64,000 bases of DNA, from assembly GCA_036149055.1 (NCBI GenBank), contig JAYZQJ010000128.1:64001-128000 (forward strand), written 5' to 3'. A program made the translations under genes and the position numbers. The stretch comes from Myxococcota bacterium (GTDB taxonomy: Bacteria > Myxococcota_A > Polyangia > Polyangiales > Sandaracinaceae). Below are positions 9,844 to 19,348 of this stretch, piece after piece. The notes under the pieces are model-generated. The model saw only the letters and a list, made by a program, of their open reading frames with translations. It was not told the origin of the DNA and searched no databases. The first letter of the stretch is position 1. Each line of letters begins with the position of its first letter.

Positions 9844-11076
9844 CTAGTTTTCGGAGGCTGGGTCCGGCGGCTCGTCGTCGTCCCGCGCGTCGCGAGGGGA
9901 GGGGCGGGGCGGCGTCGCGCGGCCGACCTCGCGGAGCGTGACCACCTTCTTTCCGGCTTCGAGCGCGACCTTCGGGGAGTCGCGGCGGTCGACGGTGGCC
10001 TCCGTCGTCGCGTCCAGCCGGGTGGCGAGGTCGTCGTCGAGCGCCTCCTCGTCGACCTGAGAGGCGAGCGCGCGCACGCGTCCGATGATGGCGTCCCGAA
10101 GCTCCTCGGTCAGTCGCTCGTCGACGTCTTCGAAGCGCTCGCCCACCGCGAGCACGGAGTCCTCCGCCGGCGGCTCCACCTCGGCTCCGAACTGGACCTT
10201 CATCAGATACGTACCCGCCGGGAACACGGCCGGCTCTCCCCGACGGACGCTCTCCCGCGCCCGGTCGTACGCCTCACCGAACGCCTTCACCTCACGCTTG
10301 CACAGCGCCTCGAGCTCGTCGTCGTCCACCACCATGAAGGTCTCGACCGGGCCGGGCTTGGGCTTCTTCCGGGGCGCCGCCGGCTCGGCCCACGGGTGCT
10401 GGGCCAGGAGCCGGGTCGCGCCGAGCACCGGGCGCTTCCGCGCCGCCGCGTGCGCGCGCTCGGCGTCGCTCCGCGACTTCCGGATCGTGTAGATCGTGCG
10501 CACCGTGCCGAGCACCCGCTTCAGCTCGGGGACCATGCCGAAGCGGAGCTTCGACGTCTCCGGCCACACGCGCGGGTTCAGCCCGAACGGCGGCCGCGCG
10601 AGCTTCAACGACGCGCCGGCCATCATGCCCGGATCGCTGGTGAACCCCGGGTAGTGCTCGACCTTCTCCACCAGGCCGTCCTTCACCACCTGGATGTCGG
10701 AGTAGTGCAGCCACTCCAGCATCGCGGCCGCGTTCACGAGCTGCTTCTGGTGCGCCTGCCCGCTGCCGAAGACGAGCTTCGGCGCCTCGAACCCCCGCCT
10801 CTCCAGGGCCTTCTTCACGAAGCCGCCGACCTCCCCGTGGAACAGCCGCTTGAGCGTCGGGAGGTTCGCCACGGTGACCGTGACCACGTAGTGGATGTGG
10901 TTCGGCTCGATGGTGGCCTGATGGAGGATCGCGCCCGTCTTTCGCACCGCCTCGGCCAGGAAGTAGAGGATCCACGCGTGCAGCTGCGGCGCGAACGGCG
11001 TCAGCAGCAGCTTCCGAAAGAGGCAAGGCACGGTGACGGCGTACGTCGCCGGCGCCTGGATCTTCGCGCGGGTCAC
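9844..11076 (-). mobile_element. Y1/HUH transposase-like protein (RAYT/IS200-related), divergent
   Basis: N-terminal YAVTVPCLFRKLLL; HUH motif PNHIHYVV; candidate catalytic Tyr in HYSDIQVVKDGLV; C-terminal FPAGTY. Start trimmed to GTG 11076. Confidence 0.75.
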
Positions 11077-11099
11077 GGCGCGCTGCAGACACTCAAGAT

Positions 11100-11128
11100 T
11101 CGATCCGCCCACGATCGGGGCGGATCGA
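11100..11128. other. Perfect 11-bp hairpin upstream of the HUH transposase gene
   Basis: tcgatccgccc-acgatcg-gggcggatcga. Confidence 0.6.
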
Positions 11129-11265
11129 CTCCGAAGTCACGGCTCGAGGGTGGCGGTCCGCCGGCCGAGGGGTGGCGGCCGCCACCGAAAGGCGCCTCCG
11201 AGGGAATTGCTGCCCGCGTTCAGCGTATTCACGCGGCAACTCCCCTTTTGGAGACGGAGACGGAC

Positions 11266-12210
11266 GTGACGAGCCAGCTACGGGCCCTGCGCGACGACGC
11301 GCGGTTTCAGCACTTCATCACCGCGGTGATCCTCTTCGCGGGCTTCCTCGTGGGGCTCGAGACGTATCCGTCGGTGGTCCACGCGCACCACGGGATCCTG
11401 CACCTGCTCGACCAGGTGGTGCTGTGGATCTTCGTGGCCGAGGTGGCGGTGAAGATGGGCGCCGAGGGGCGGCGGCCGTGGCGCTACTTCCGTGATCCGT
11501 GGAACGTCTTCGACTTCGTGGTCGTGGCGGCGAGCTTCCTGCCCTTCGCCGGTCAGATGGTGGTCGTGCTCCGGCTGGTCCGCCTGCTGCGCGTCCTGAA
11601 GCTCGTCCGGGCGCTCCCGCGGCTACAGCTGCTGGTGAGCGCGCTGCTCAAGAGCATCCCGTCGATGGCCTACGTGTCGGTGCTGCTCTTCTTGCTGTTC
11701 TACGTCTACGGCGTCGCCGCGGTGTTCCTCTTCGGCGAGAACGACCCGGTGCACTTCGGCTCGCTCCAGGTGGCGCTGCTCTCGCTCTTCCGCGCGGTCA
11801 CCCTCGAGGACTGGACCGACCTCATGTACATCCAGATGCAGGGCTGCGCGGGCTACGGCTACGACGGCATGGCTGCGCTCTGCACGCAGTCCACCGCGCA
11901 CCCGATCGTCTCGCCGGTGTTCTTCGTCTCGTTCGTGCTGCTCGGCACGATGATCATCCTCAACCTCTTCATCGGCGTCATCATGAGCGGCATGGAGGAG
12001 GCGCAACAGGAGGCCCAGGACGAGGCGCGCGCGCTCGCCGGCGACGAGGCGCCCTCGTCGATGGAGCTGTCCGACCTGGTCCGCCAGCTCGGCGATCTCC
12101 AGGACGCCCTGTCCCGGGCCCAGCGTCGGGTGGCCCGCGAGGAGCGCGAGGCCCGCCGCCCGGTCTCCGACGCCCCGCCCCCGATGGTGATGCTCGACCC
12201 GGCCGAGTGA
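11266..12210 (+). CDS. Voltage-gated cation channel (BacNav-like, 6 TM), filter TLEDWTD
   Basis: DPWNVFDF; S4 LRLVRLLRVLKLVR; pore LFRAVTLEDWTDLMY; S6 LNLFIGVI; C-terminal coiled coil. GTG 11266 follows ggag. Confidence 0.92.
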   Translation: MTSQLRALRDDARFQHFITAVILFAGFLVGLETYPSVVHAHHGILHLLDQVVLWIFVAEVAVKMGAEGRRPWRYFRDPWNVFDFVVVAASFLPFAGQMVVVLRLVRLLRVLKLVRALPRLQLLVSALLKSIPSMAYVSVLLFLLFYVYGVAAVFLFGENDPVHFGSLQVALLSLFRAVTLEDWTDLMYIQMQGCAGYGYDGMAALCTQSTAHPIVSPVFFVSFVLLGTMIILNLFIGVIMSGMEEAQQEAQDEARALAGDEAPSSMELSDLVRQLGDLQDALSRAQRRVAREEREARRPVSDAPPPMVMLDPAE

Positions 12211-12213
12211 TCC

Positions 12214-12579
12214 TCAGCGATACGGGGCCGAGGCGGGGTCCGGCTTCACGACCAGGCGCGTCTGGACCGGGAAGGTGGCGTTGGCGGGCATCGTGACCAC
12301 GGTGCACGCGAGCACGCGCCCGAGGAGCGCCCGCTCGAGCCGGAGCGTCTCGGGCGGCTCCTCGGCCAGCTGCGACAGCTCGCGCACGCCGTCGTCGCCC
12401 ATCGCGTGCAGCGCCCAGCCGGGGGCGTAGACGATCTCGGTCTCGAGGTCGTCGACGATCGGCTGCTTGGGGCGCCGGAGCAGCGGGCCGGCCCCACCCT
12501 TCGGCGCGAGGTACCAGCGCACGCGCACGCGGTGCCCGACCGGGACCGGGCAGGCGAAGTGAAGCCGGATGACCTCCAC
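12214..12579 (-). CDS. Hypothetical protein
   Basis: 121-aa ORF filling the gap; ends in APYR. Confidence 0.55.
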   Translation of the reverse strand: MEVIRLHFACPVPVGHRVRVRWYLAPKGGAGPLLRRPKQPIVDDLETEIVYAPGWALHAMGDDGVRELSQLAEEPPETLRLERALLGRVLACTVVTMPANATFPVQTRLVVKPDPASAPYR

Positions 12580-12644
12580 GTCATCATGGTAGCGGCCGCG
12601 GAAAAGTTGGGGGGCGGAGATCGCGGGATCAGGATGCGCGCGAG

Positions 12645-13886
12645 GTGAGAGAGCCGGGAAAGAGTCCGTCGTTCTGGGACGCGTTCCGCGATCCGCGCCT
12701 GGCGCTGATGCTCGGCCTCGGCTTCTCGTCCGGGCTGCCGAACCCGCTGACCGGCAGCACGATGACGGCGTGGCTCGACACGTTCGACGTCGACATGGCC
12801 ACGATCGGCTTCTTCGCCTGGGTGCACCTGCCGTTCAACTTCAAGTTCGTCTGGGCCCCGGTGATGGACCGCTTCTCCTTGCCCTGGGGCGGGCGGCGGC
12901 GCGGCTGGATGCTGCTCACCCAGCTGGTGATCCTGGTGAGCGTCGGGGTGATGGGCAGCTTCGACCCCAAGGCCGCGCCGTGGCTGGTCGCGGGGCTGGC
13001 CGTCTGGACGGCGTTCTTCACCGCCTCGCAGGACATCGCGGTCGACGCCTTCCGGACCGATCTCCTGCCACGGGAGGAGCGCGCGAGCGGGACCGCGATC
13101 TTCGTGGCCGCCTATCGCGGCGCGCTGATCGTCGCCGGCGCGGGCGCGCTGATCCTCAGCGATCACCTGCCCTGGTCGACGGTCTACTGGATCCTCGCGG
13201 CGCTGATGTCGGTCGGCATCCTGACCACGCTGCTCTCGCCCGAGCCCGAGACCCAGGCGCAGGCGCCGAAGACCCTGGTCGACGCGGTGTGGAGGCCGCT
13301 GAAGGAGCTGGTCACCCGGCGCGACATCGGCGTCTACCTGGCGATCATCATGCTCTACAAGGCGGGCGACGTGGTCGCCGGCCACTTCCTGATCCCGTTC
13401 CTCACCGACACCGGCTTCTCGCGCAGCGAGATCGGCGCGGTGTTCAAGGGCCTCGGCCTCGCGGCGACGATCTTCGGCGCGCTGCTCGGCGGCGGCCTGG
13501 TCGCGAAGTGGGGGCTCCGGCGCGCGCTCATCGTCTTCGGCGTGGCCCAGGCGATCGCGAACCTCCTCTACTGCTGGCTCGCCTTCGCCGGGAAGGACTA
13601 CGCGCTGATGACGACGGCGATCACCGTCGATCATCTGATGAACGGCATGGGCACCGCGGCGTTCGTCGCCTTCCTCATGACCCTCTGCGACAAGCGCTTC
13701 ACCGCGATGCAGTACGCGATCTTCTCGAGCCTGATGACCGTGCCCGGCCGCGTGCTCGGCGGCTTCTCCGGCTTCCTGCAGGAGAGCGTCGGCTGGCCCG
13801 GCTTCTTCCTCACCACCATCGTGCTCGCGGCCCCCGCCGTGCTGCTGCTCAGCGTGGTCGAGATCAGGGAGCCCGAGTCGCAATGA
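12645..13886 (+). CDS. ampG: AmpG family muropeptide MFS permease
   Basis: LGFSSGLP, FKFVWAPVMDR, GRRRGW, ASQDIAVDAFR, TAMQYAIFSSL. Confidence 0.92.
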   Translation: MREPGKSPSFWDAFRDPRLALMLGLGFSSGLPNPLTGSTMTAWLDTFDVDMATIGFFAWVHLPFNFKFVWAPVMDRFSLPWGGRRRGWMLLTQLVILVSVGVMGSFDPKAAPWLVAGLAVWTAFFTASQDIAVDAFRTDLLPREERASGTAIFVAAYRGALIVAGAGALILSDHLPWSTVYWILAALMSVGILTTLLSPEPETQAQAPKTLVDAVWRPLKELVTRRDIGVYLAIIMLYKAGDVVAGHFLIPFLTDTGFSRSEIGAVFKGLGLAATIFGALLGGGLVAKWGLRRALIVFGVAQAIANLLYCWLAFAGKDYALMTTAITVDHLMNGMGTAAFVAFLMTLCDKRFTAMQYAIFSSLMTVPGRVLGGFSGFLQESVGWPGFFLTTIVLAAPAVLLLSVVEIREPESQ

Positions 13887-14911
13887 GCCCCGAAGAGATC
13901 TTGAAGCGCGCGGTCGAGCGGGGGGATCCGCCGGCGGCGGCGGCGTGCGCGCTCCATCGCGGGGCGGTGGTCTTCGAGGCGGCGTTCGGGGCGGAGCCGG
14001 ACAGCGTCTTCGACGTGGCGTCGGTGACGAAGGTGGCGGCGACGACGAGCGTGATCGCGACGCTGGCGCGGGACGGCGCGCTCGGGCTCGACGACGCGGT
14101 CGCGACGCATCTGCCGGCGTTCGGGCGGCGCGGCAAGGCGCGGGTGACCGTGCGGGAGCTGCTCGGGCACCGCTCGGGGCTGCCGGCGTGGGCGCCGCTG
14201 TTCCTCGGCGGCGACGTGATGGAGGGCGTGTTCGACGCGCGGCTCGAGACGCCGGGGCGGCGCGTCTACTCGGACCTCGGCTTCCTCGCGCTCGGCGCGA
14301 TGGTGGAGGCGATCTGCGGAGACCTCGCCGAGGCCTGCCGGGCGAGGGTCTGGGGGCCGCTCGGGATCGCCGACCTCGGCTACGCGGGCGCGTGGCTCGA
14401 CGGAAGGCACGTGCTCCCGACCGGCACGACCCGCCCGCGCGAGCCGGCGCCGGGGCAGGAGCACCTCTACGCGGTGCCGCCGCAGACGCCGGCCCCGGAT
14501 CCGGGCCAGGTCGACGACGACAACGCCTTCGCGCTCGGCGGGGTCGCCGGGCACGCCGGGGTGTTCGGCACCGCGCGCGCGGTCGCGACGCTGGGCGAGG
14601 CGTGGCGCACCGGGAAGATCGGCGGGCCGGAGTTCCTGTCGATCGACCCGGCCGAGGGGCCGCCGCGGGGGCTCGGCTTCGACGTGCCCACCGGGCCGCG
14701 CTCGAGCTTCGGGAGCGCGCTCGGCCGCGGGCGCGCGTTCGGCCACCTCGGCTTCACCGGCTGCTCGCTCTGGATCGACCTCGACCGCGAGGTCACGGTC
14801 GCGCTCCTCACCAACCGCACCTTCCCCGGGCGCCACCGGGTCGACGGAATCCGCGCCCTACGCCCCGCCTTCCACGACGCCCTCGCGGCGCAGCTGGACG
14901 AGCGCGCGTAG
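13883..14911 (+). CDS. Beta-lactamase-fold serine hydrolase (AmiE/YbbE-like)
   Basis: ATGA overlap with ampG; SxxK (SVTK), LLGHRSGL, YSDLGF, VDDDNA..LGGVAGHAGVF, FGHLGFTG, LTNR. Confidence 0.85.
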   Translation: MSPEEILKRAVERGDPPAAAACALHRGAVVFEAAFGAEPDSVFDVASVTKVAATTSVIATLARDGALGLDDAVATHLPAFGRRGKARVTVRELLGHRSGLPAWAPLFLGGDVMEGVFDARLETPGRRVYSDLGFLALGAMVEAICGDLAEACRARVWGPLGIADLGYAGAWLDGRHVLPTGTTRPREPAPGQEHLYAVPPQTPAPDPGQVDDDNAFALGGVAGHAGVFGTARAVATLGEAWRTGKIGGPEFLSIDPAEGPPRGLGFDVPTGPRSSFGSALGRGRAFGHLGFTGCSLWIDLDREVTVALLTNRTFPGRHRVDGIRALRPAFHDALAAQLDERA

Positions 14912-15295
14912 CCGGGGCTCGTCCTCGCCGACGACCTGGAAGCCGAGCGCGCGGTAGAAGGCGACCGGCGCCGGGGACGCGTCGGTCAGCAGGGTGAAGC
15001 GGGAGATCTCCGGGTGGTCGGCGAGGCAGCGCTCGACGAGCGCCCGACCGATCCCGCGCCGCTGGTGCGAGGGCGCGACGAGCAGGTCGTGCACGAAGCA
15101 GAGGAAGACCGCGTCCGCGCTCGCCCGGATCAGCCCGACCAGCGCGTCGCCGTCCCAGGCCGCGCGCACGTAGGTCGAGGCCTCGATCGCGCGCCGCAGC
15201 CGGGCCGGGTCGGCGGCGTGCCCGGTCCAGCCGACCGACGCGTAGAGCGCGGCCAGCGCGTGGTCGTCCGGGAGGTCGGGGAGGATCTTCGTCAT
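14858..15295 (-). CDS. GNAT family N-acetyltransferase
   Basis: LLVAPSHQRRGIGRAL and FYRALGF. Confidence 0.88.
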   Translation of the reverse strand: MTKILPDLPDDHALAALYASVGWTGHAADPARLRRAIEASTYVRAAWDGDALVGLIRASADAVFLCFVHDLLVAPSHQRRGIGRALVERCLADHPEISRFTLLTDASPAPVAFYRALGFQVVGEDEPRLRALVQLRREGVVEGGA

Positions 15296-15324
15296 TTCGG
15301 CATCCTTGGTGAGACGATGGTGGC

Positions 15325-17118
15325 ATGGACACCATCGTCGAGGGGGGCCCGGGGCCGGTGCCGTTCGAGGCGCCGCTGCTCGATCCGGGCGACGAGCGCT
15401 ACACCGTGGAGGGCGAGATCGGGCGCGGGGGCGTGGGCACGGTGCTGCTCTGCGCGGACCGCCAGATCGGGCGCCGGGTGGCGCTCAAGGCGCTGCGCGA
15501 CCCGGGGCCGGACCGGGAGGCGGGCTTCGTGCGCTTCATCCGCGAGGCGCGCATCCAGGGCCAGCTCGAGCATCCGTCGGTGGTGCCGGTGCACGACCTC
15601 GCGGTGCACGACGAGCTCGGCGTGTACTTCACGATGCAGCGGGTGAAGGGGATCACCCTGCACGAGCTGCTGCGCCGCCTGGGCGACGGCGACCGGGACA
15701 GCGCCGTGCACTGGTCCCGGCGGCGGCTGCTCGAGGCGTTCGGCCGGGTCTGCCTCGCGGTGGACTACGCACACCAGCACGGCGTCTTGCACCGCGATCT
15801 CAAGCCCGCGAACATCATGTTCGGCGACTTCGGTGAGGTCTACGTGCTCGACTGGGGGCTCGCGGGGCTCGACCCGAGCCGGGACGCCGCGGTCGATCTC
15901 GGCGGCGACGAGGAGACCACGCGGCCGGGCATGATCTTCGGGACGCCGGGGTACATGCCGCCCGAGCAGGTGCACGGCTTCCACGACCGGCTCTCGCCGG
16001 CCAGCGACGTGTACGCGCTGGGCGCGATCCTCTTCGAGCTGCTCACCTTCACCCCGCTGCACGAGGGGGACACCCCCGAGGCGCGCTACGCGTCGACGAT
16101 CGGCCGGCTCGACGCCCGCCCCTCGAGCCGGGCCCCGGGCGCCTACGTGCCGCCGGAGCTCGAGGCGATCGTGGTGCGCGCGGTCGACCGGCACCCGGAG
16201 GAGCGCTTCCCGAGCGCGCGGGCCTTGCAGCGGGCGATCGAGCGCTACCTCGACGGCGAGCAGGAGGAGGAGCAGCGGCGCAAGCTCGCCACCCGGCACG
16301 CGGAGATCGCGAAGGACGCGGCGGAGAGCCTGCGCGAGGATCCCGACGACCGGCCGACCCGCGAGGAGGCGCTGCGCGAGCTCGGCCGGGCGCTCGCCCT
16401 CGACCCGTCGAACCGGGCCGCGCTCGAGACGCTGGTGGAGGTGATGGGGACGCCGCCGCGGCGGGTGCCGGCCGAGGTGAAGGCGCGGCACCAGGCGGAG
16501 CTCGACGCGCGGCTGCGCAAGGTCTCCCGGGCCGCGATGGCCGCCTACGCGAGCATGTTCGCCTACCTGCCGTTCATGGTCTGGGCCGGGCTGCGGGCCC
16601 CCGGGCCGATCGTCTGGCTCTACGCCTGGGTCGGCGCGGCGATCGCCATGTCCTTCGCGTGCTCGCGCTCCGAGGGGCCTCCGCAGCGCTGGGCGATGGC
16701 CGCGATGCTCTGCAGCAACGTCGGCATCGCCGCGACCGCCTCGATCTTCGGCCCGCTCTTCCTCACCCCGGCGGTGCTCGGGAGCAACACCGCGGCCTAC
16801 GCCCTCCACCTCGACGGCGCGCGCCGCTGGATCGCGATCGGCAGCGCGGTGGTGCTCCTGCTCGCGGTGACGATCCTGTTCTTCCTCGGCGTCTTGCCCG
16901 GCGCCTACGCGGTGGAGGGCGGCGCCCTCGTCATCGCGCCCGGCGCGGTGGAGCTGGTCCCGTCGGTCTACGCGCTCCTGCTCGTGCTCGGCCTCGGGGT
17001 GGTGCTGACCGGGTCCATCGTGACGGCCCAGACCCGCGACCAGCTGGTCCGGGCGGAGCTCGGCCTGCACGTCCAGCGCTGGCAGCTCTCGGCGCTCGCG
17101 CCGGCGGACCTACGTTGA
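15325..17118 (+). CDS. Ser/Thr protein kinase with multi-TM C-terminal domain
   Basis: GRGGVG, VALK, HRDLKPAN, DWG, GTPGYMPPE; about 5-6 C-terminal TM helices. Confidence 0.92.
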   Translation: MDTIVEGGPGPVPFEAPLLDPGDERYTVEGEIGRGGVGTVLLCADRQIGRRVALKALRDPGPDREAGFVRFIREARIQGQLEHPSVVPVHDLAVHDELGVYFTMQRVKGITLHELLRRLGDGDRDSAVHWSRRRLLEAFGRVCLAVDYAHQHGVLHRDLKPANIMFGDFGEVYVLDWGLAGLDPSRDAAVDLGGDEETTRPGMIFGTPGYMPPEQVHGFHDRLSPASDVYALGAILFELLTFTPLHEGDTPEARYASTIGRLDARPSSRAPGAYVPPELEAIVVRAVDRHPEERFPSARALQRAIERYLDGEQEEEQRRKLATRHAEIAKDAAESLREDPDDRPTREEALRELGRALALDPSNRAALETLVEVMGTPPRRVPAEVKARHQAELDARLRKVSRAAMAAYASMFAYLPFMVWAGLRAPGPIVWLYAWVGAAIAMSFACSRSEGPPQRWAMAAMLCSNVGIAATASIFGPLFLTPAVLGSNTAAYALHLDGARRWIAIGSAVVLLLAVTILFFLGVLPGAYAVEGGALVIAPGAVELVPSVYALLLVLGLGVVLTGSIVTAQTRDQLVRAELGLHVQRWQLSALAPADLR

Positions 17119-17162
17119 CGAGGCTTGCAAACCGCGAGCGTGATACGAGATCTACGGACGAC

Positions 17163-18647
17163 ATGCCCCCTCCGGAACACGCCGATCCGCCCCTCCGCGT
17201 CCTCGCGGACAACATCCCGCAGCTGGCCTGGATCGCCGACTCGGAGGGCTGGATCTTCTGGTACAACCGGCGCTGGTTCGACTACACGGGCACGGCGCTG
17301 GAGGAGATGCAGGGCTGGGGCTGGAAGGCCGTGCACCACCCCGACCACATCGATCGGGTGGTCGAGAAGTTCCGCGGCTGCATCGAGCGCGGCGAGGCCT
17401 GGGAGGACACCTTCCCCCTCCGCGGCGCGGACGGGCAGTACCGGTGGTTTCTCTCGCGCGCCACGCCCATCCGGGACGCGAGCGGCGCGGTCGAGCACTG
17501 GTTCGGCACCAACACCGACGTCACCGAGCATCGACAGCTCGAGGTGGCGCTGAAGGAGGCCGACCGGCGCAAGGACGAGTTCCTGGCCACGCTCGCGCAC
17601 GAGCTGCGCAACCCGCTCGCCGCGGTGCACGGCGCCCTCGAGGTGCTGCGAGACGGGTCGGGCGACCCGGGCTGGGCGACGGCCACCGGGCTGCGTCACG
17701 TCGCGCACCTCGAGCACCTCATCGACGACCTCCTGGACGTGTCCCGGATCACGCGCGGCAAGATCCAGCTGCGGGTCGAGACGGTGCGGGTGCGGGAGGT
17801 GCTCGATCGCGCCGCCGACGCGGTGCGGGGGCGGCTCGCGGCGCGGGGCCAGCGCCTGGAGGTCGCGCTCGACGACGAGACCGCCAGGGTGCGGGGGGAC
17901 GTGGTGCGGCTCACCCAGGTGGTCAGCAACCTCCTGACGAACGCCTCCAAGTTCTCGCCGCCCGGCACGCGGGTCGCGCTCCGGAGCGCGGCCGAGGGCG
18001 ACACCCTGGCCATCGAGGTCGAGGACGAGGGCCGCGGCATCCCCGACGACGAGCTGGACCGCGTGTTCGAGATGTTCACCCAGAGCCGCGCCAGCGACGG
18101 CGACGGGCTGGGGATCGGGCTCACGCTGGCGCGCCACCTCGCCGAGCTGCACGACGGGTCGCTCACCGCCCGCAGCGACGGGGCGGGCGCGGTCTTCACC
18201 CTGCGGGTCCCGGCGCTCCGGGAGCCCTCGGACGTCCCGGCGCCCGAGCCGCAGGCGCCAGAGCTGCGCCGCCACCGGATCCTGGTCGTGGACGACAACG
18301 AGGACCTCGCCGAGCTGACCGCGCTCCGGCTGCGCGCGCGGGGACACGACGTCGAGGTGGCGAACGACGGCGAGCAGGCGCTGAGCGCGGTGACCGCCGG
18401 CCGACCGGGGGTGGTGCTGCTCGACATCGGCCTGCCCGACCTCGACGGCTACGAGGTCGCGCGCCGGATCCGCCGCGACCCCGCGCTCGAGGGCACCGTG
18501 CTGATCGCCGTGACCGGCTGGGGGCAGGACGCCGACCGGCAGCTCGCGCGAGAGGCGGGCTTCGACCATCACCTCACCAAGCCGGCGTCGGTCGAGGACG
18601 TGAGCCGCCTGCTGGCCCAGGTTCCGGATCGGGAGACGAGCGGGTGA
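17163..18647 (+). CDS. Hybrid histidine kinase (PAS-HisKA-HATPase-REC)
   Basis: PAS VHHPDH...YRWF; LAHELRNPL; NLLTNASKF; GLGIGL; REC VVDDN, DIGLP, KP. Start trimmed to ATG 17163. Confidence 0.93.
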   Translation: MPPPEHADPPLRVLADNIPQLAWIADSEGWIFWYNRRWFDYTGTALEEMQGWGWKAVHHPDHIDRVVEKFRGCIERGEAWEDTFPLRGADGQYRWFLSRATPIRDASGAVEHWFGTNTDVTEHRQLEVALKEADRRKDEFLATLAHELRNPLAAVHGALEVLRDGSGDPGWATATGLRHVAHLEHLIDDLLDVSRITRGKIQLRVETVRVREVLDRAADAVRGRLAARGQRLEVALDDETARVRGDVVRLTQVVSNLLTNASKFSPPGTRVALRSAAEGDTLAIEVEDEGRGIPDDELDRVFEMFTQSRASDGDGLGIGLTLARHLAELHDGSLTARSDGAGAVFTLRVPALREPSDVPAPEPQAPELRRHRILVVDDNEDLAELTALRLRARGHDVEVANDGEQALSAVTAGRPGVVLLDIGLPDLDGYEVARRIRRDPALEGTVLIAVTGWGQDADRQLAREAGFDHHLTKPASVEDVSRLLAQVPDRETSG

Positions 18648-19348
18648 GAAGCACAGTGAGCCGCGCAGTGAGCCGCGCAGTGAGCCGCGGAGTGAGACGC
18701 GCAGGGATGAGCGCCGCCGCGCTGGCGCTGCTGCTGGCCGCCTGCGGGGGTCGCCCGCCGCCCACCGCGCCGCCGCCGCTGGACGAGGAGCTCGGCGAGG
18801 AGGCGGACGGCGACGGGCTGCGCATCGCGGGCATCGCGCTGCCGCGGCTCCCGCTCGAGGTGTCCGCGACCGAGCCGCCGCTCGCGGACGGCTGGGCGCG
18901 CGCCGAGGCGGCGCTGACGATGCCGACGCCGAGGCCCCCGGAGGGGGAGGCCTGGGAGGTCGAGGGCTGGGCCGACGGAGAGCTCGGGGACTGGATGCGG
19001 CGCCGGGCCGAGGTCGTCGGGGCGGCCCAGCGCGCCCTCGAGCCGGCGCGCGAGGGGCGCCCCGAGCACTCGGTCGTGGCCTCGCTCCTGCTCGGCCTCG
19101 CCTACAGCCGCTTCGCGCTCGATCTGCGCGGCATCGAGACGCCGCTCGCGTTCTCGAACGATCCGGAGCGCGCCCAGGCCTTCCGCGCCGCGATGGAGCA
19201 GGCGGCGCGCCCGCTGTGGCTCCGCGCGCTCGACGCGTTCGGGAGCTGCGCCGCCGTCGCCGCCGAGGCGCCCGCTCACTCCCTCGCGCGGTGGCGAGAG
19301 CGCTGCGACGCCGAGCTCCGCGCGGTCGAGCCGATGCTGCCCGAATAG
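18644..19348 (+). CDS. Hypothetical lipoprotein
   Basis: Lipobox LAAC. Start is either GTG 18644 (GTGA overlap with the upstream stop) or ATG 18707. Confidence 0.65.
   Translation: MRSTVSRAVSRAVSRGVRRAGMSAAALALLLAACGGRPPPTAPPPLDEELGEEADGDGLRIAGIALPRLPLEVSATEPPLADGWARAEAALTMPTPRPPEGEAWEVEGWADGELGDWMRRRAEVVGAAQRALEPAREGRPEHSVVASLLLGLAYSRFALDLRGIETPLAFSNDPERAQAFRAAMEQAARPLWLRALDAFGSCAAVAAEAPAHSLARWRERCDAELRAVEPMLPE
18654..18701. repeat. 12-bp x4 tandem repeat
   Basis: cagtgagccgcg x3 followed by gagtgagacgcg. Confidence 0.85.

Noticed and set aside
9757..12210. Apparent 817-aa ion channel with a long N-terminal extension
   Set aside because: The first ~500 codons are the antisense shadow of the HUH gene; the channel starts at GTG 11266.
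13883..14911. Antibiotic-resistance beta-lactamase
   Set aside because: YSD and HLG replace the class C YxN and KTG motifs, there is no signal peptide, and the ampG context favours recycling.
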